From Eledone cirrhosa (lineage: Eukaryota), in the NCBI GenBank assembly GCA_964016885.1, contig OZ024741.1, forward strand, positions 352,532,001 to 352,596,000: a stretch of DNA of 64,000 bases. Reading direction: 5' to 3'. Positions 51,341 to 64,000 of the stretch are shown here, piece after piece. The notes beneath the pieces are model-generated. The model did no database searches, was not told where the DNA came from, and was given only the letters and a program-made list of their open reading frames with translations. Position 1 is the stretch's first letter. The number at the start of each line of letters is the position of its first letter. Position numbers and translations under genes: made by a program.

Positions 51341-52402
51341 TATATATATATATATATATGTATGTATATGGACTCTTGATGGAGTAGTAGGGGTTTTGTC
51401 ATGATATAGAGCATGTCTTATGTGTATTAGATTTGACAAAGTTCATCTCTCTCCATGTATGAACATAGCTGATTTCTCCAAGAGAGAGATAGAGAGAAAA
51501 TCACCCTCAGTACTGAACTGCTGCTCTTTTTTGTCAACCAAATTTGACCTTGGCAGGTTTTGAACACAATGCGGCAGAGAGCCCGAATGAATACCACAAA
51601 ACATTCTCTCCAATTTTCTAATGGTTTTGCCAATTTGCTGTATATGTATGTGTATAGTCATATTATAAAAAGCATTGTCTGTGTGTATGAGTGAGACACT
51701 GATTCATGAATCGGCTGACTAATTGTTGATCTAAGAGATAAATGGGGGGAGGGGAGAAATAATTGCAGCAAAGGTCATGTCAGCATTGGTGAAATAGCTT
51801 ATCAACAGAGTGTGTGTGACAACAATAATGAAATTGTGGCCAAATCTCACTCAAATCAGATCGTACTATCTTATGTTTGCATGAACTAATAGGAAAGACC
51901 ACTACTTGGTAGCTATAACTAATAGAAATAGTAGTCAAATATTCCTCAAATTACACCCTTCTGTGTGTATATGTGTGTGTATATATGTACATGTAGGTGG
52001 CAAATTGGCAGTCATTAGAATGGTGGATAGAATGATATGTGGTAGTCACTCTTGTTATGTGCTCTCTGAGTTCAAATCTTGCCAAGCTTAACTTTGCCCT
52101 TCATCTTTTTGAGATTGATAACAATTACCAGTCCAGTTCAGTAATGTTGATTCTTCCTTTATATCTCTTTCATACTTAGTCTATATCACTCTCTCTCCAT
52201 TGGATGTGTAATGTTAGTGTGCATAAATGACGTGGCATGGATGAACTTAGAAAAAAAGCTGGGTATAAGAAGAATCAGATGTGTGATAGAGAAAAGACTG
52301 CTGGTATGGACATATGTATGAATGATGAATGTTGGATAAAGAAGTTCTATGTAATGCCAGTGGAAGGAAGATGTAGTAGAGGAAGACTGAGAAAACTGTG
52401 AG

Positions 52403-52776
52403 TTAACCCTTTTGCATTTAAACCAGCCGTATCTGGCCAGAATTCTCTCACCTCCTTCTGTTCAAACCTGCTGAAACTGACCACTCATACTGTTAAGGCA
52501 ATGTTCTCAAAATAAATATCAAAATCTCATAGATTCGATATTATGTGAGATAATTTTGGCACAAGGCCAGCAATTGTCCAGTGTATTACTGGTACTTTAT
52601 TTTATCGACCCCGTAAGGATGAAAGGCAAAGTTAACCTCGGCGGGATTTGAACTCAGAATGGCAAGGGCCGTAACTCTATGCGTCAAAGCATGGCGTCCG
52701 ACCCTCTACCGATACTGCCAATTCACCGCCCAGTATATATAGTATATATAGAGTAATGTAAATACTAAAGGGTTAA
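52403..52776 (-). mobile_element. TTAA-flanked MITE M1 carrying a SINE insertion
   Basis: TTAA-cccttttgcattta ... taaatactaaaggg-TTAA. Confidence 0.8.
52555..52731 (-). mobile_element. Young tRNA-derived SINE, group 2
   Basis: Minus strand gggcggtgaattggcagtatcggtaga ... gagttcaaatccc (B box) ... gcctttcatccttacggggtcgataaaataaagtacc; nearly identical to 60525..60702. Confidence 0.8.
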
Positions 52777-54461
52777 GGTAGAGCTGATTTGAAAATGCTG
52801 AAAACTCACAGTGAAGATGACAAAGGAATGCTACGGTTGAAAAGAGGTTGTGCTGGAAATGACATATCAAATTCATGCCAGCATGGAAAAGTAGATGTAG
52901 AAATGATGATGTTGATGATATACACACAATGCAATCAACCTTTTATATAAAAAAGAAAACAGCCTTGTTTGAAATAAACTGGAATTAGATTTAAAGTCCT
53001 TGCTGTGGTTAACAAGAACAAGATCAATAATAGATAAAATAGAAATAAAGTAAAAAAAGCGTTTTGTAATTGGACTGTCTCCTATTGTTTAAATAGTGAC
53101 ACAACCCAAATACTTGATGGAACTTCTTTTTTTATTTTGTCTTGTTTTTGGTTGTGTCAAGTGTAACATGTCCTTTTTTTATGTTGATAATCTTGGTGTG
53201 CTGTTAGGTCAAGTGTTAGAAGGACTATTTTCTAGGAAACTCTGTTATCTTACAATTCTCTTTTGTCTGTTTGCTGCTTATCTCTGTGAGAGTTCAGTGT
53301 CCAATTTATTAGTGAAATGTATTGTACTTTGAGTGAGTAAGGTGGGAGATTTAATGTAGTTGATGTTAAGTGTAGCAAAGGTCAACTAATAAATTTAAAT
53401 TGCATGTTTTTTTAATTTTTTTTTAAAGTTTCGACTGTAGGAAGGGGCTATGTCCATGGTTTTTTCAGCCCATCCAAAAGTGTGTCAGGGTAGGGAGGAG
53501 AGTGGAAGTATTAACCCATTGATGCTCTTTTTGAGCTGATGAGCACAGGAAAAAAACATGGATAGGGAGGGAATTCCAAAGAATTCTCATTATAGGAAGA
53601 CAGGAATGAAAATAGTGTTTAGTATGGGGTCAGATGGGAAGACAATATAGATAAGAGGAAGAGAGATAAGTGTTGGTGGTACTAGACCAGCCAGCTTTGA
53701 GAAACAGAGATCAATGTAGTAGTAGTAGTAGTAGTTGTAGAAAAAGGCGGTGAAGAGAAAATGTATTTGTAGGCTGGAGTGGTCTTTTGGGGGGGGGGGG
53801 GGATACAATCACACAAGCCAATGAGGGAACCTCTTTGTAGTCTCATGATCTGCTAGAAATAGCAATTAAATCTCCCTTAAATTATATCCTATACCTGACC
53901 ACCTTAAATAAGGAAATATATATATACAGTGTAGTTTCATATATACAAAAAGACGAAGTGATTACCACTAGAATGCTTTTGATTATGGGTCTGACTGATC
54001 AGAACTAAGTCAGGGCATCATCATCATCATCAACATCAACATTCTCTCAAGTTAAGATGTAAATCCCATGCATGTATAGAGGTAAAAATGCACATATTTA
54101 TATCTTATATGCATCATCACCATCTTTAATGAGCAATAGATTTGGATATAACAACCTAATTATTTCTAGGGTACTTCATGTTAAGTATGAAGTGTAGTAA
54201 CTTACTAAGTGTCAATAACATACATGTGCACACACATATACACACATACACACATATATATATATACATACATACATAGACATAGCCATGCATAAATATT
54301 TACTTGCGTACACACTATTACACCATAAACAACAAACTTCTGCTGCTACTCAAATACAGACTCATTATAATGTTTTTGTATAATTTTAATTTGTATAACT
54401 TTAAGTCTATATATGGTAAAATTAATCTGTGGAAAGGGCAAATGAAATGGCTTATTACATT

Positions 54462-54665
54462 TTAACTCTTTAGTATTTAAATTGGCCAGAATTCTCTCAC
54501 TTATTTCTGTTGAAACCGGTCGTAACTGGCTGCTCATGCTTATGTTAAGGTATTGTTCTCAAAATAAAAATTATCAATCTCGTAGATTTGATATTATGTG
54601 AGATAAAGTGTTTACCATGAAAATACAATAGTAAATATAGAGTAATGTAAATGCTAAAGGGTTAA
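54462..54665 (-). mobile_element. TTAA-flanked MITE, family M1
   Basis: TTAA-ctctttagtattta ... taaatgctaaaggg-TTAA. Confidence 0.8.
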
Positions 54666-54704
54666 GATATATTTATTCTTGAGATTGTTACCCTAGCTTG
54701 TGAA

Positions 54705-54850
54705 GAAATGTGGCTTAGTGGTTAGGGTGCTGGGCTCATAATCATAAGGTTGTGAGTTTGATTCTCAGACCAGGTGGCATGTGTCCTTGAGCTAGACATT
54801 TTATTCCATGTTATCCAGTCTACTCAGCTGGAAAAAATGAGTTGCAATAT
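54705..54850 (+). mobile_element. tRNA-derived SINE, CORE-like group
   Basis: gtggcttagtggttaggg, gagtttgattctc, gtgtccttgagctagacatttt. Confidence 0.7.
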
Positions 54851-55339
54851 TAGGGAAAAATTGCATTGGTCTTTGCCTTTCCTTTGAACAACACTCTTAT
54901 TCCAGCCCCCATTAACCTTTGCTAATCTATCTAGTGAAATTTTATTTTAAGTGGCAGCATTCCTACAACAATCAATTTTCTTTATTCATTAAAAACATTA
55001 TACATGACAAAAAAAAAAGTACATTACTAGAAATACCATATGTTATAACATAAGTAGGATGAGTTGTGATCTCAATATGTAAACTAAATGACTAATTTAA
55101 AAAAATCAATGGAAACAACCTTGAAAAATTGCCAACACCCCCCCTTTTAATAACGACCCGAAAGTATCTAGATTTATTGGAATGAATGTTTAAAATACCA
55201 TTGTTCTTAGAATGTTCGAACATTAACTGTATGAGCACATGATACTTGTAAGGAGAATAGAGACTGAAACTTACATTAGGATTTAAAGATCAATTCTATG
55301 ATAAATAGAAGTAAAGTTTAAAAATCCAAAGAATTAAAT

Positions 55340-55714
55340 TGCACAACTACTTATAAGGACCCTGCACAACTACTTATAATGACCCTGCACAACTATTTAT
55401 AATGACCCTGCACAACTACTTATAATGACTCTGCACAACTACTTATAATGACCCTGCACAACTACTTATAATGACCCTGCACAACTACTTATAATGACCC
55501 TGCACAACTACTTATAATGACCCTGCACAACTACTTATAATGACCCTGCACAACTATTTATAATGACCCTGTACAACTACTTATAATGACCCTGCACAAC
55601 TACTTATAATGACCCTGCACAACTACTTATAATGACCCTGCACAACTACTTATAATGACCCTGCACAACTACTTATAATGACCCTGTACAACTACTTATA
55701 ATAACCCTGTATAA
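55340..55714. repeat. 23-bp minisatellite, ~16 copies
   Basis: gcacaactacttataatgaccct in head-to-tail copies with few substitutions and no spacers. Confidence 0.95.
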
Positions 55715-55979
55715 TGTTGGATAGATAAAGTTTACCACACATGTAAACCACAGCAGGAATACATACCACAAGGTAATATCATCCAATGCTCAAACAATTC
55801 TGTCAATCTACCAATCTTGACTGGTACTTTATTTTATTGACTTTGTAAAGATGAAATAAAGTTGAACTTTGTTGGATTTGAACTCAGACTACAGAGAGCT
55901 GAAACAAATACCATGAGACAGTTTCTCCCATGCTCTAATGACTCTGCCAATTTGTCTGAAGTGCATTAGAACTTGAAGA

Positions 55980-56330
55980 TGGTGAATTAGCAGTCATTAG
56001 AGCACTGGATAGAATGCTTTGGGGTATTTGTTCTGGTTCTCTGCACTATATGAGTTCAAATCTTGTCTGTCAACTTTGCTGTTTATCCATTTGAGCTTTA
56101 TAAAAAAGTACCAGTCCAGCACTGGAGGTCGATTCTTCCTCTATATCTCTTTCTCATTTCCTTTCTCTCACTCGTTATCATTCTCTGGAAGAAATTGGCT
56201 GTGTTCAGATCTGGAGAGGGGATGGGTTATGCCAGATTTAAAATTCCCAAGACACACTGTATGTCAATGAAGGTGCCCATATGGCTCCATCTGGGGTTAA
56301 GGGTCCATACATGCATTAGAACGCGAGACT
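55980..56330 (+). mobile_element. tRNA-derived SINE group 2 with long 3' part
   Basis: ggtgaattagcag..gagttcaaatc..aagtaccag; another group 2 copy lies head-to-head at ~55820..55955. Confidence 0.65.
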
Positions 56331-56827
56331 TTTGGAGGTGTATTTTACTTGACAGTTTCACATCTCATTTTGACTGTTTTGCCTGGCAGCACAAGGTCAG
56401 TGTGGGGGCCAACAGTTTCGCCCACCTCTTGCAATGTAAAACAGAACTCCACCCTAAAAAGAGAGAAAGTGAAAGAGAGAGAGTCTCTGTTGACTTCTGC
56501 ATTCAATAAAATGTCAAAAATAAACTGTTGGTGCCATGTCACTTCAGATGTAACATTTCGCTCTCTCGTTTGTGTAAGGGGTTGGGATGGATATTTGGTC
56601 CCTGAGGACATTATTTTCTAACCAATTTTACACTTAGTGACTCAGTAAACTTTATTCCGAGTGATCCTATGACACATATACTCATAAATACCCTCACCTC
56701 TCTTTTTCACTCACTAAAAACAAACATGCTTGCATGTAAAGTTGTTCCTATGTATTGTACATATATGTATTCATATGTGCATCTACTGTCAATTGTACAT
56801 ACATGCATCCATCTATATGTATGCTTA

Positions 56828-56870
<43 letters not shown>

Positions 56871-56879
56871 AATAAAGTG

Positions 56880-57140
56880 AAGGTGTGTTGCTGAGTGGTG
56901 AAAGAATTGGTGTGAGTTCCATTCCCGGGCCGGGCAATGCTTTATGTCCTTGAGCAAGACACTTTATTTTATGTTGCTATTTCTGCCTGGATTTGCAACC
57001 AGTAGATAGTATTAGCAATTGCAAAGACCGATGGACACATTGTTTCCTCGGTCGATTTTGATGAGCTCCACCCTGCTCGTTAAGCAAATGAGGTCTGGGA
57101 TGTTGTTAATCAACTGTTTTATATAAATGTAAAAACGATG
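56880..57140 (+). mobile_element. tRNA-derived SINE, CORE-like group
   Basis: gctgagtggt, gagttccattccc, tgtccttgagcaagacacttt. Confidence 0.65.
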
Positions 57141-57974
57141 ATATATATATATATATAATCGTTTTTGCATGTGTTACACACATATATATGTGTGTGTGTC
57201 TGTGCTTATGTACAAGCATCAATGCATTTATATGTCTAGTTATTTACATACAAATGGACATACCAACTATATAGATACTCATAATGTACATACACTCACA
57301 GTTCTACCTGTATGTGTGTGTGTTTGCATGCATGGATAACAAATAAATGTGGAAATGCACAGCATTTTGTTTAAGATTTTTCTTTAATGAGACAAAACAA
57401 ATATTTCTTTATTTGATAAATCAAGTAAAGTTTTATCAAATAATTTTACTGGTTTTGACTGTTTAAGACAACCTTTTCTAAAAAATATCCACTTCAACAA
57501 ACTGAGTTTTCATTTTGTAAAGAATAGTACTGTTCTCTCTCTCTCTGTCTTTGTTATTGAAAAATTTAGTCTTGACTGATAGTTAAACTCTACTTCAGTA
57601 TTGAGAACGTTTTTTTCACAACTGTCAATAATACATGGACATGCACACACACACACATACATATATATATATATGTGTGTGTTTCTGGTCGGAAAAGTAG
57701 AAGTAGAGTTCAAAGTTCAAATTTCAGCATTTAAGATTCCATTGAATTCTAGAAGCTCTCCAGAGTTTAAACAATAGAAGTTTCTAGTGTTCTGGTCAGC
57801 AGTGCTCTGTGATGTTTTTAAACAGTGTTGATATGGTGATAGACACATGTGCATACTATTTAAAAGCAAGTGGCGAGATTTGTTTGTCTTATAGCTTTGA
57901 TTAAATGAGTTGGTTGTTATGGTGCAGGGTCTATACTTGTTAGAGGGTGGGGTAAATTGTGTTGTTTGTGTGTC

Positions 57975-58280
57975 TGAGCATGGTTAGGGTAGTTGTTTCA
58001 CAATTGTAAGGTCATGAGTTTGATTCCTGGCTGGAACCTTGATTCAGATTGCAACCTTGAATATGATACTTTATTTTACGATGCTCCAGTTCACTCAGCT
58101 GGCAAAGATGAATTGTACCTGTAATTCAAAGGACCAGCTGAATATTCATGAGGACTACGTTAAGAGTACACGGGTCTGTAGAATGCTTAGCCACTTGCAC
58201 ACTAATTTCAAGAGGTGATTGTTCTATTGTTCAAACAACTGAAACTCTTGTTGTTTGAACTGAGAGAGGTCCAACAGAGA
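57975..58280 (+). mobile_element. tRNA-derived SINE, CORE-like group
   Basis: Homologous over its length to 22765..23080. Confidence 0.65.
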
Positions 58281-58311
58281 TATATACGCACGCACACACG
58301 CACACACGCAC

Positions 58312-58359
<48 letters not shown>

Positions 58360-60322
58360 TTGAAAAAAAGAAAAGAATGACTTCACTTGTAGTTCTAAAC
58401 AATTTGATTTAATTTTATAATATAAAATTAAATCAAATTGTTTAGAACTGTTTCAGCTGACTTATGATCAAAGGTATTCAATCATAACTACTCCAATTTT
58501 TAAGGGATTTCTAAGAAAGACTACATTATCTAACGTGTTCTGTTCTTATATAAATGATGGCATGCAATTTGAAGATTTGGTTGCTATTTCTAGCAGATTA
58601 AGCGACTGTGTAGGGGCTCTCATGTTATTTTTGTTTAGTCAGTGGTCAGCCTTGATTGAGCAAACAGGCCTATTAATAGCATAGTATACCGAGGACTATA
58701 CGACACAGTATAACTAGGAATACATGACACAGTATACCTACGATTACATTATCTTTTTAAAAGACTGTTTGGTATGATTTGAAGATTTGGCCTTTATTTC
58801 GAGCTGGTTGAGAAAATGTATAACAGGCTTTATGGTGTTTAGTGGCAAGTATGATTGGTGGTGGTGCTATGGCCGATGGTTGTAGTGGTGTTGTGGATGA
58901 TGAGGGGGTTTTGTGGGGTGATAGTGATAGTGGTGGTTTTGTGGGTGATGGTGTCCATGGTTAATTAAATGTTATCAGTGACAGAAGAAACTGTTGTTAT
59001 GTCAACCAGCAGCCAAGAGACATCCACCCCCACCATTCCTTCCTCTTGCACTTTGCCCTTTCTTCCTTGTTAATCTTATCAAAACAACTAATCATTGTTG
59101 TTTTTGCTACTGCTACTGTTGTTGTTGTAATTACTGACTTTGTATGCTGTAATTGTTCATCATGTAGTTTCTCTTTCATTGTTTGGCTTGTTTTTGTTAT
59201 TGTCATGGTGTGGTTGTAGCTATCCTTATTGTTAAAGTTGTTGATATTGTAGTTGTTCTTGTAGCTGCTTTGTTGTAATTGAAGACATCTCCCCCTAATA
59301 ATTAAAAAAATACTAAAGTCACATGAAAATCCATTTGATTTGGTTAGTTTTAGCATTAAGGTTTTCAATTATTGTAGAATTTCACGTGAATAATATAGTG
59401 AATTAAAAGACTTCGATTAACTTGAGATTATCCAAACTATTGGTAAACTAAATCTCCCATGTAGGTGGCGTTAACTCTTTCATTACCATATTTCTGATTC
59501 AAATACATTGTATTTGAATTAATCAATGAAGAATTTGGAAGGATTTACTAAAATTATTTCAATTATTGAGATGGTGTTTGTATCATAAAGAGGTTTTTAT
59601 AAAAAAAATCATGATGGAAGATTTTAATTTAAACAGGAACCTTCCAAATGGATAGTTTGTGAGCGGGTTGGTAAAGAAAGAGTTAAAATCTAAAAACAAA
59701 AAGCAATAACCTCAATAAAATGAGTTGATCAAATTCTTTTGTATAGTAGAGACAATCCAGAAAGCTGCTGGCATGAGTGTAATTTTCGTTTATTGTTTTT
59801 CATGTTGCCATTGTTGTCCTTGATGATGTAGTAGTTGTTAGGTAGGCTTTTATTAAAAGAAGGCCACAATGAAAGGCTAATTACTGTGGCTGTTGGCAAT
59901 GAAATGATGCTGATGCTGATCATGATGATGGCTTATTGTCTGGTGTGCTCTAATTAAAAAAGGAGATTGAAAACCTAGTTTAGTTATATTTGTCGATTTG
60001 GACTTGGTTCTTATTTGCTCCAACATTTCCTTTTCATATACTAGCTATGGTTATATATATTTCTCTCTCTCTCTCTAACATCTATATATGTCTGTTTATG
60101 CATAAACATGTGTGGGCACAATACTTAATGTGTGTGGTGTGTGTGTGTGTGTGTGTATAATATATATATATAATATAATACAATATATATCTATCTATAA
60201 TATTATAAAGCTGAGCATCGTATGTATGTATTATGTATGTATGTATATAATAAAGTACCAGTAATACACTGGGTAATTGCTGGTCTTGTGCCAAAAGTAG
60301 AAACAATTATGTATGTATCCTA

Positions 60323-60522
60323 NNNNNNNNNNNNNNNNNNNNNNNNNNNNNNNNNNNNNNNNNNNNNNNNNNNNNNNNNNNNNNNNNNNNNNNNNNNNNN
60401 NNNNNNNNNNNNNNNNNNNNNNNNNNNNNNNNNNNNNNNNNNNNNNNNNNNNNNNNNNNNNNNNNNNNNNNNNNNNNNNNNNNNNNNNNNNNNNNNNNNN
60501 NNNNNNNNNNNNNNNNNNNNNN
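60323..60522. other. Assembly gap (200 N)
   Basis: Run of N. Confidence 0.99.
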
Positions 60523-60524
60523 AC

Positions 60525-60702
60525 TTTTGGCACAAGGCCAGCAATTACCCAGTGCATTACTGGTACTTTATTTTATCGACCCTGTAAGGATGAAAGGCAA
60601 AGTTAACCTCGGCTGGATTTGAACTCAAAATAGCAAGGGCCGTAACTCTATACGTCAAAGCATGGCATCCGACCCTCTACCGATACTGCCAATCCACTGC
60701 CC
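60525..60702 (-). mobile_element. Young tRNA-derived SINE, group 2
   Basis: Nearly identical to 52555..52731. Confidence 0.8.
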
Positions 60703-60741
60703 TATATATATAATATAATTGTTTATATATATATATATACA

Positions 60742-61122
60742 TGGCTTAGTGGTTAGAGCATTGGCCTTGCAATCGAAAGGTTGTGAGTTCAATTCTCAGA
60801 CTGGGCAATGTGTTGTTTCCTTGAGCAAGGTAGTTTATTTCATATTGCTCCAGTTTACTCAGCTGTAGAAATGATATGATAGGGACTGGGGTCCCTATAA
60901 TTCCACTGCAAAGTGGTCGTGGAGGTGCCATGGCAAAAAGCACCCCAGCCCACACTGTAAAGTGGACGTGTAGGCGCCACGGAAAAAAGCCCCCAGCACT
61001 CACTGTAAATGAGGTTGGTGTTAGGAAGGGCATCCAGCTGTAGAAATCAAGCCAGAATCAGTTCCCGTCCCACCCTTGCAAGCAGGGAAAAGTGGACGTA
61101 AAATGAAATGATGATGAAATGA
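60742..61122 (+). mobile_element. CORE-like tRNA SINE with RTE-B-derived 3' half
   Basis: A and B boxes, a tccttgagcaag core, ~160 bp matching the RTE-B 3'UTR, and a ggacgtaaaatg..gatgatg end. Confidence 0.8.
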
Positions 61123-61166
61123 TATATATATATATAAAATATATAATACAATATGTATATATATAT

Positions 61167-61404
61167 ATCATCATCATCATTTAACATCTATCTTCCACGC
61201 TAGCATGGGTTTAGACGGGAATTGTCCCACTTGAGGCAAGATTGGTCGGGAGACCGTGTCTCGCTCGTATAGGACTGTCTGGCAGGTTTTCTATGGCTGG
61301 ATGCCCCTTCCTAACACCAACCACGTTTACAGTGTGAACTGGGAGGTTTTTACCGTGTTACCTACATGGCCACATTACAGCGTGGACTGTGTGTGTTTTT
61401 TTTA

Positions 61405-61405
<1 letters not shown>
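61167..61405 (-). mobile_element. RTE-A-like 3'UTR fragment in a short (TA)n
   Basis: (CAT)n then sequence homologous to 12410-12625; TA runs on both sides. Confidence 0.85.
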
Positions 61406-61445
<40 letters not shown>

Positions 61446-61736
61446 TGTGTGTGTGTATTTGTATGTGCATGTATACATGCAAGTATGCATAGATAAACAT
61501 AAATATGTAACTGTACTGAAACGGTGTAAGGCTTAAATAAATAGGCTGATAAATGTAATGTATTTTTTTAATTTCATATTTCCCTGCAGATTGAAAGAGT
61601 ATAGATGGTCTGACTTCTGATTTAATTCTAATTAGAGCCTTATTCAGAGACTGTTCACCTCTCTCTGTCCATAGAGAAATATGTAATTAATGGCTCCATA
61701 AGCACTTCAAATTGGAAATTCTTCTTCTTTACACAT

Positions 61737-62210
61737 TTATTCATGGGAAGGTAATGGAGGGTAGAGTCTGCAAATATTCCTTCCAGTGCGTCCTGTCAGA
61801 AGCAACTGTCTCCAACTGATTCTGCTGGATCCCCAAGTAAGACCAGCCGAGCTCATGGATGTTATCCAACCATCTTGCTTGGGGTCTACCCCTGGGTCTC
61901 CTGCCAACTTGTTTTGCCTGTAAAATCTGTCCAGTGGTTCTGTCTTGAGACATTCTAACCACATGCCCTGTATGTGGTTAGTACTGGAGCTGTGATTTCT
62001 CAATTCGAAGAAGTAGTGGCTCTACATGGAGTGGTTCCGAGCTATGCACTCTATCAAGTAATGTTACTCTAAAGACCCTTCGGAGGAATCCCATTTTGGC
62101 TGCTTGTATTCACGATTGTATTCTTTTGGTCATTACCTAAGATTCATGACCATAGGTAAGGGTTGGCATGAATACCGAATTGAAGATAGTGAGTTTGGCT
62201 TTTACACCAA
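61737..62210 (-). pseudogene. 3' fragment of a second RTE-clade LINE
   Basis: AKLTIFNSVFMPTLTYGHES and VGRRPRGRPQARWLDNIHELGW in different frames. Confidence 0.75.
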
Positions 62211-62724
62211 TCTCCCTTCTGATAAAAAAAAGTACCAACTTAGTACTGAGGTCGATTCTTCCACTGTGTCTCTTTCTCATTTCCATTCTTTCATTCTCTA
62301 TCCTTTTCTGGAAGAAACCTGCTGTATTAAGACATGGATAGGTGATAGGCTCTGCCAGGTTTAAAAAATTTCCTAGAAACATATGTCAATAGAGTGCCCC
62401 TATGACTCCCTCAGGAATTACGGGTCTATACATACATTAGGTAGGGCACTAAGCAGTTAAGTTACATGATAATTATATCTGTAGAGAAGCAGTACAAGAT
62501 TTAATGAAGCTATGTAAATGTGTTAATAATAAGTCAAAAGGATTCCAGCCATGACCTTCCTTTTGGAGAATTGCATATCGAGGACTACATTAACCAGTGT
62601 GAACCATCCTTTTGAAGATGGCAGGGTGTAATTTAAATAAGATTTAGCTGCTTATTAGAAGTAAATGTTTTTTAAGGCACATATTATTTCACTTTTACTA
62701 TAGAATTATGTCAGCTAAATTCAC

Positions 62725-62940
62725 TTAACCTTTTAGCATTCACATTACTCCATATTTACTATTGTATTTTCTCAGAAAAGGTTTTATCTCACATAATATC
62801 GAATCTATGAGATTTTGATAATAGTTATTTTGAGAAACAATACCTTAACATCAGTATGAGCAGCCGGTTACAACTGGTTTGAATAGAAAAGGTGAGAGAA
62901 TTCTGGTCGGATATGGATGGTTTAAATGCTAAAGGATTAA
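62725..62940 (+). mobile_element. TTAA-flanked MITE, family M1
   Basis: TTAA-ccttttagcattca ... taaatgctaaagga-TTAA. Confidence 0.8.
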
Positions 62941-64000
62941 AACACAGTTTATTGTTTTGAAAGAAAAAAATAAAAAAGGGACATGTTGGATACTGTGGTC
63001 ATTTGTTCTCTGCACATGGGAAAAAGATGAGATGGTCAAGGGTTGAGTGCCTTTGATTAAAAGCCTGTTTTATCATGGTGAGTTGGGGCTAAACAACAGC
63101 AGCACACTACAACCACTAGCACACCAATGTACTTTGTTTTTGATGGTATACAAAATATATCCTTCACCTCTTCATGAGGCAGAAGTATGTCATCTTTGTT
63201 GCATGTTTTTAGACAAATTCCTCAGGTAAAAAGACAGTCCTACACCACTGCCAGACTTCTTTCTCTGACTTGGATCATATCCAAAATTGGACAATGTCCA
63301 AACTATTCTAATTGTAAATAATATCTGTAAAGCTGTGTGTTCTTGTTATTCCTAAGCAAGTTTCTAAGACTATTCTCAGTGGTCATTATCAACAAAAAAA
63401 AACTCATTTAACATGCATGTGTCTTGGCACAGCAAAATATTTCTATTCACATCCTGTTTAGATCGTTTTCAGTATAGTTATCAAAGATTTTCTTTGAGGA
63501 GTGTTGCTTCTCATCAACATTTTCTGTTGAATGCAAGCTAGTCAAACCAAACAATTAGTTCAAAAATATCTTTTTGCCAACAGTGTAAAAAGTTTTACAA
63601 TGTTTCTCTTACTTTTCTTTGTAATGCTTGTATAGAAAACAACTCAGGAAAAACATTCACTTTAAAAAAAAAAAAAGGCTCAATTAAATGTAATTGAAAC
63701 ATAGGAACAATGCATAAACAAGTGCTGCTGTGAGAAAACAATAATACACTGGGCTACAAAAAAAAATTTTTGTCTGGTGTCTGGAATATTTCTACGAATT
63801 CTTAAGTGATTTTTGCCTGCTAAATTCAAAAATAACTTCAGTTTTTCTCTATCAGGTCTAGTCAGAAAACTAGACCTGATAGAGTAAGTATTTTATTCAT
63901 ACAAGAGGCATATAATATGAATCAATAAAGAGAGTGTAACACAAAACAAAACAAAGTACAAATAAAAATTCAAAATTGAAAATGCACATTGGCAAAGATT

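Larger units (their letters stand above)
52200..52920 (+). mobile_element. Old RTE 3' fragment interrupted by a MITE
   Basis: Decayed ELRKKLGIR..WYGH..RGR homology, resuming after 52776 and ending in gatgatgttgatgat. Confidence 0.65.

Noticed and set aside
55340-55714. 23-bp repeats as a CRISPR array
   Set aside because: Head-to-tail units without unique spacers, in a eukaryotic context with no cas genes.
60222-60606. ORFs spanning the N run
   Set aside because: Artefacts of the assembly gap.

Overview
AT-rich, repeat-dominated animal genomic DNA. The repeat content suggests a coleoid cephalopod such as Octopus; this is an inference. No confident host gene is visible, so the window is probably intronic or intergenic. 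It holds two young subfamilies of an RTE-clade LINE with a PHD finger inside ORF2 and a (GAT)n tail, a degenerate CR1 LINE, a Tc1/mariner relic, TTAA-flanked piggyBac-type MITEs, two groups of tRNA-derived SINEs and a 200-N gap. The centre is a ~20 kb interrupted (TA)n array (30.5-50.9 kb) carrying five RTE insertions in alternating orientation, an LTR fragment with an extended tRNA-Trp primer-binding site, and small ORF-less elements with type I hammerhead ribozymes. I count seven well-formed hammerheads in three sequence families plus one degenerate copy. Two families are homologous ~310-bp units in tandem and head-to-head arrangement, with a compensatory core change (C3-G8 vs U3-A8) and ends that fuse to the (TA)n target at matching positions. 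These look like non-autonomous Penelope-type retrozymes that target TA microsatellites. All structures were paired by eye and need computational and experimental confirmation.
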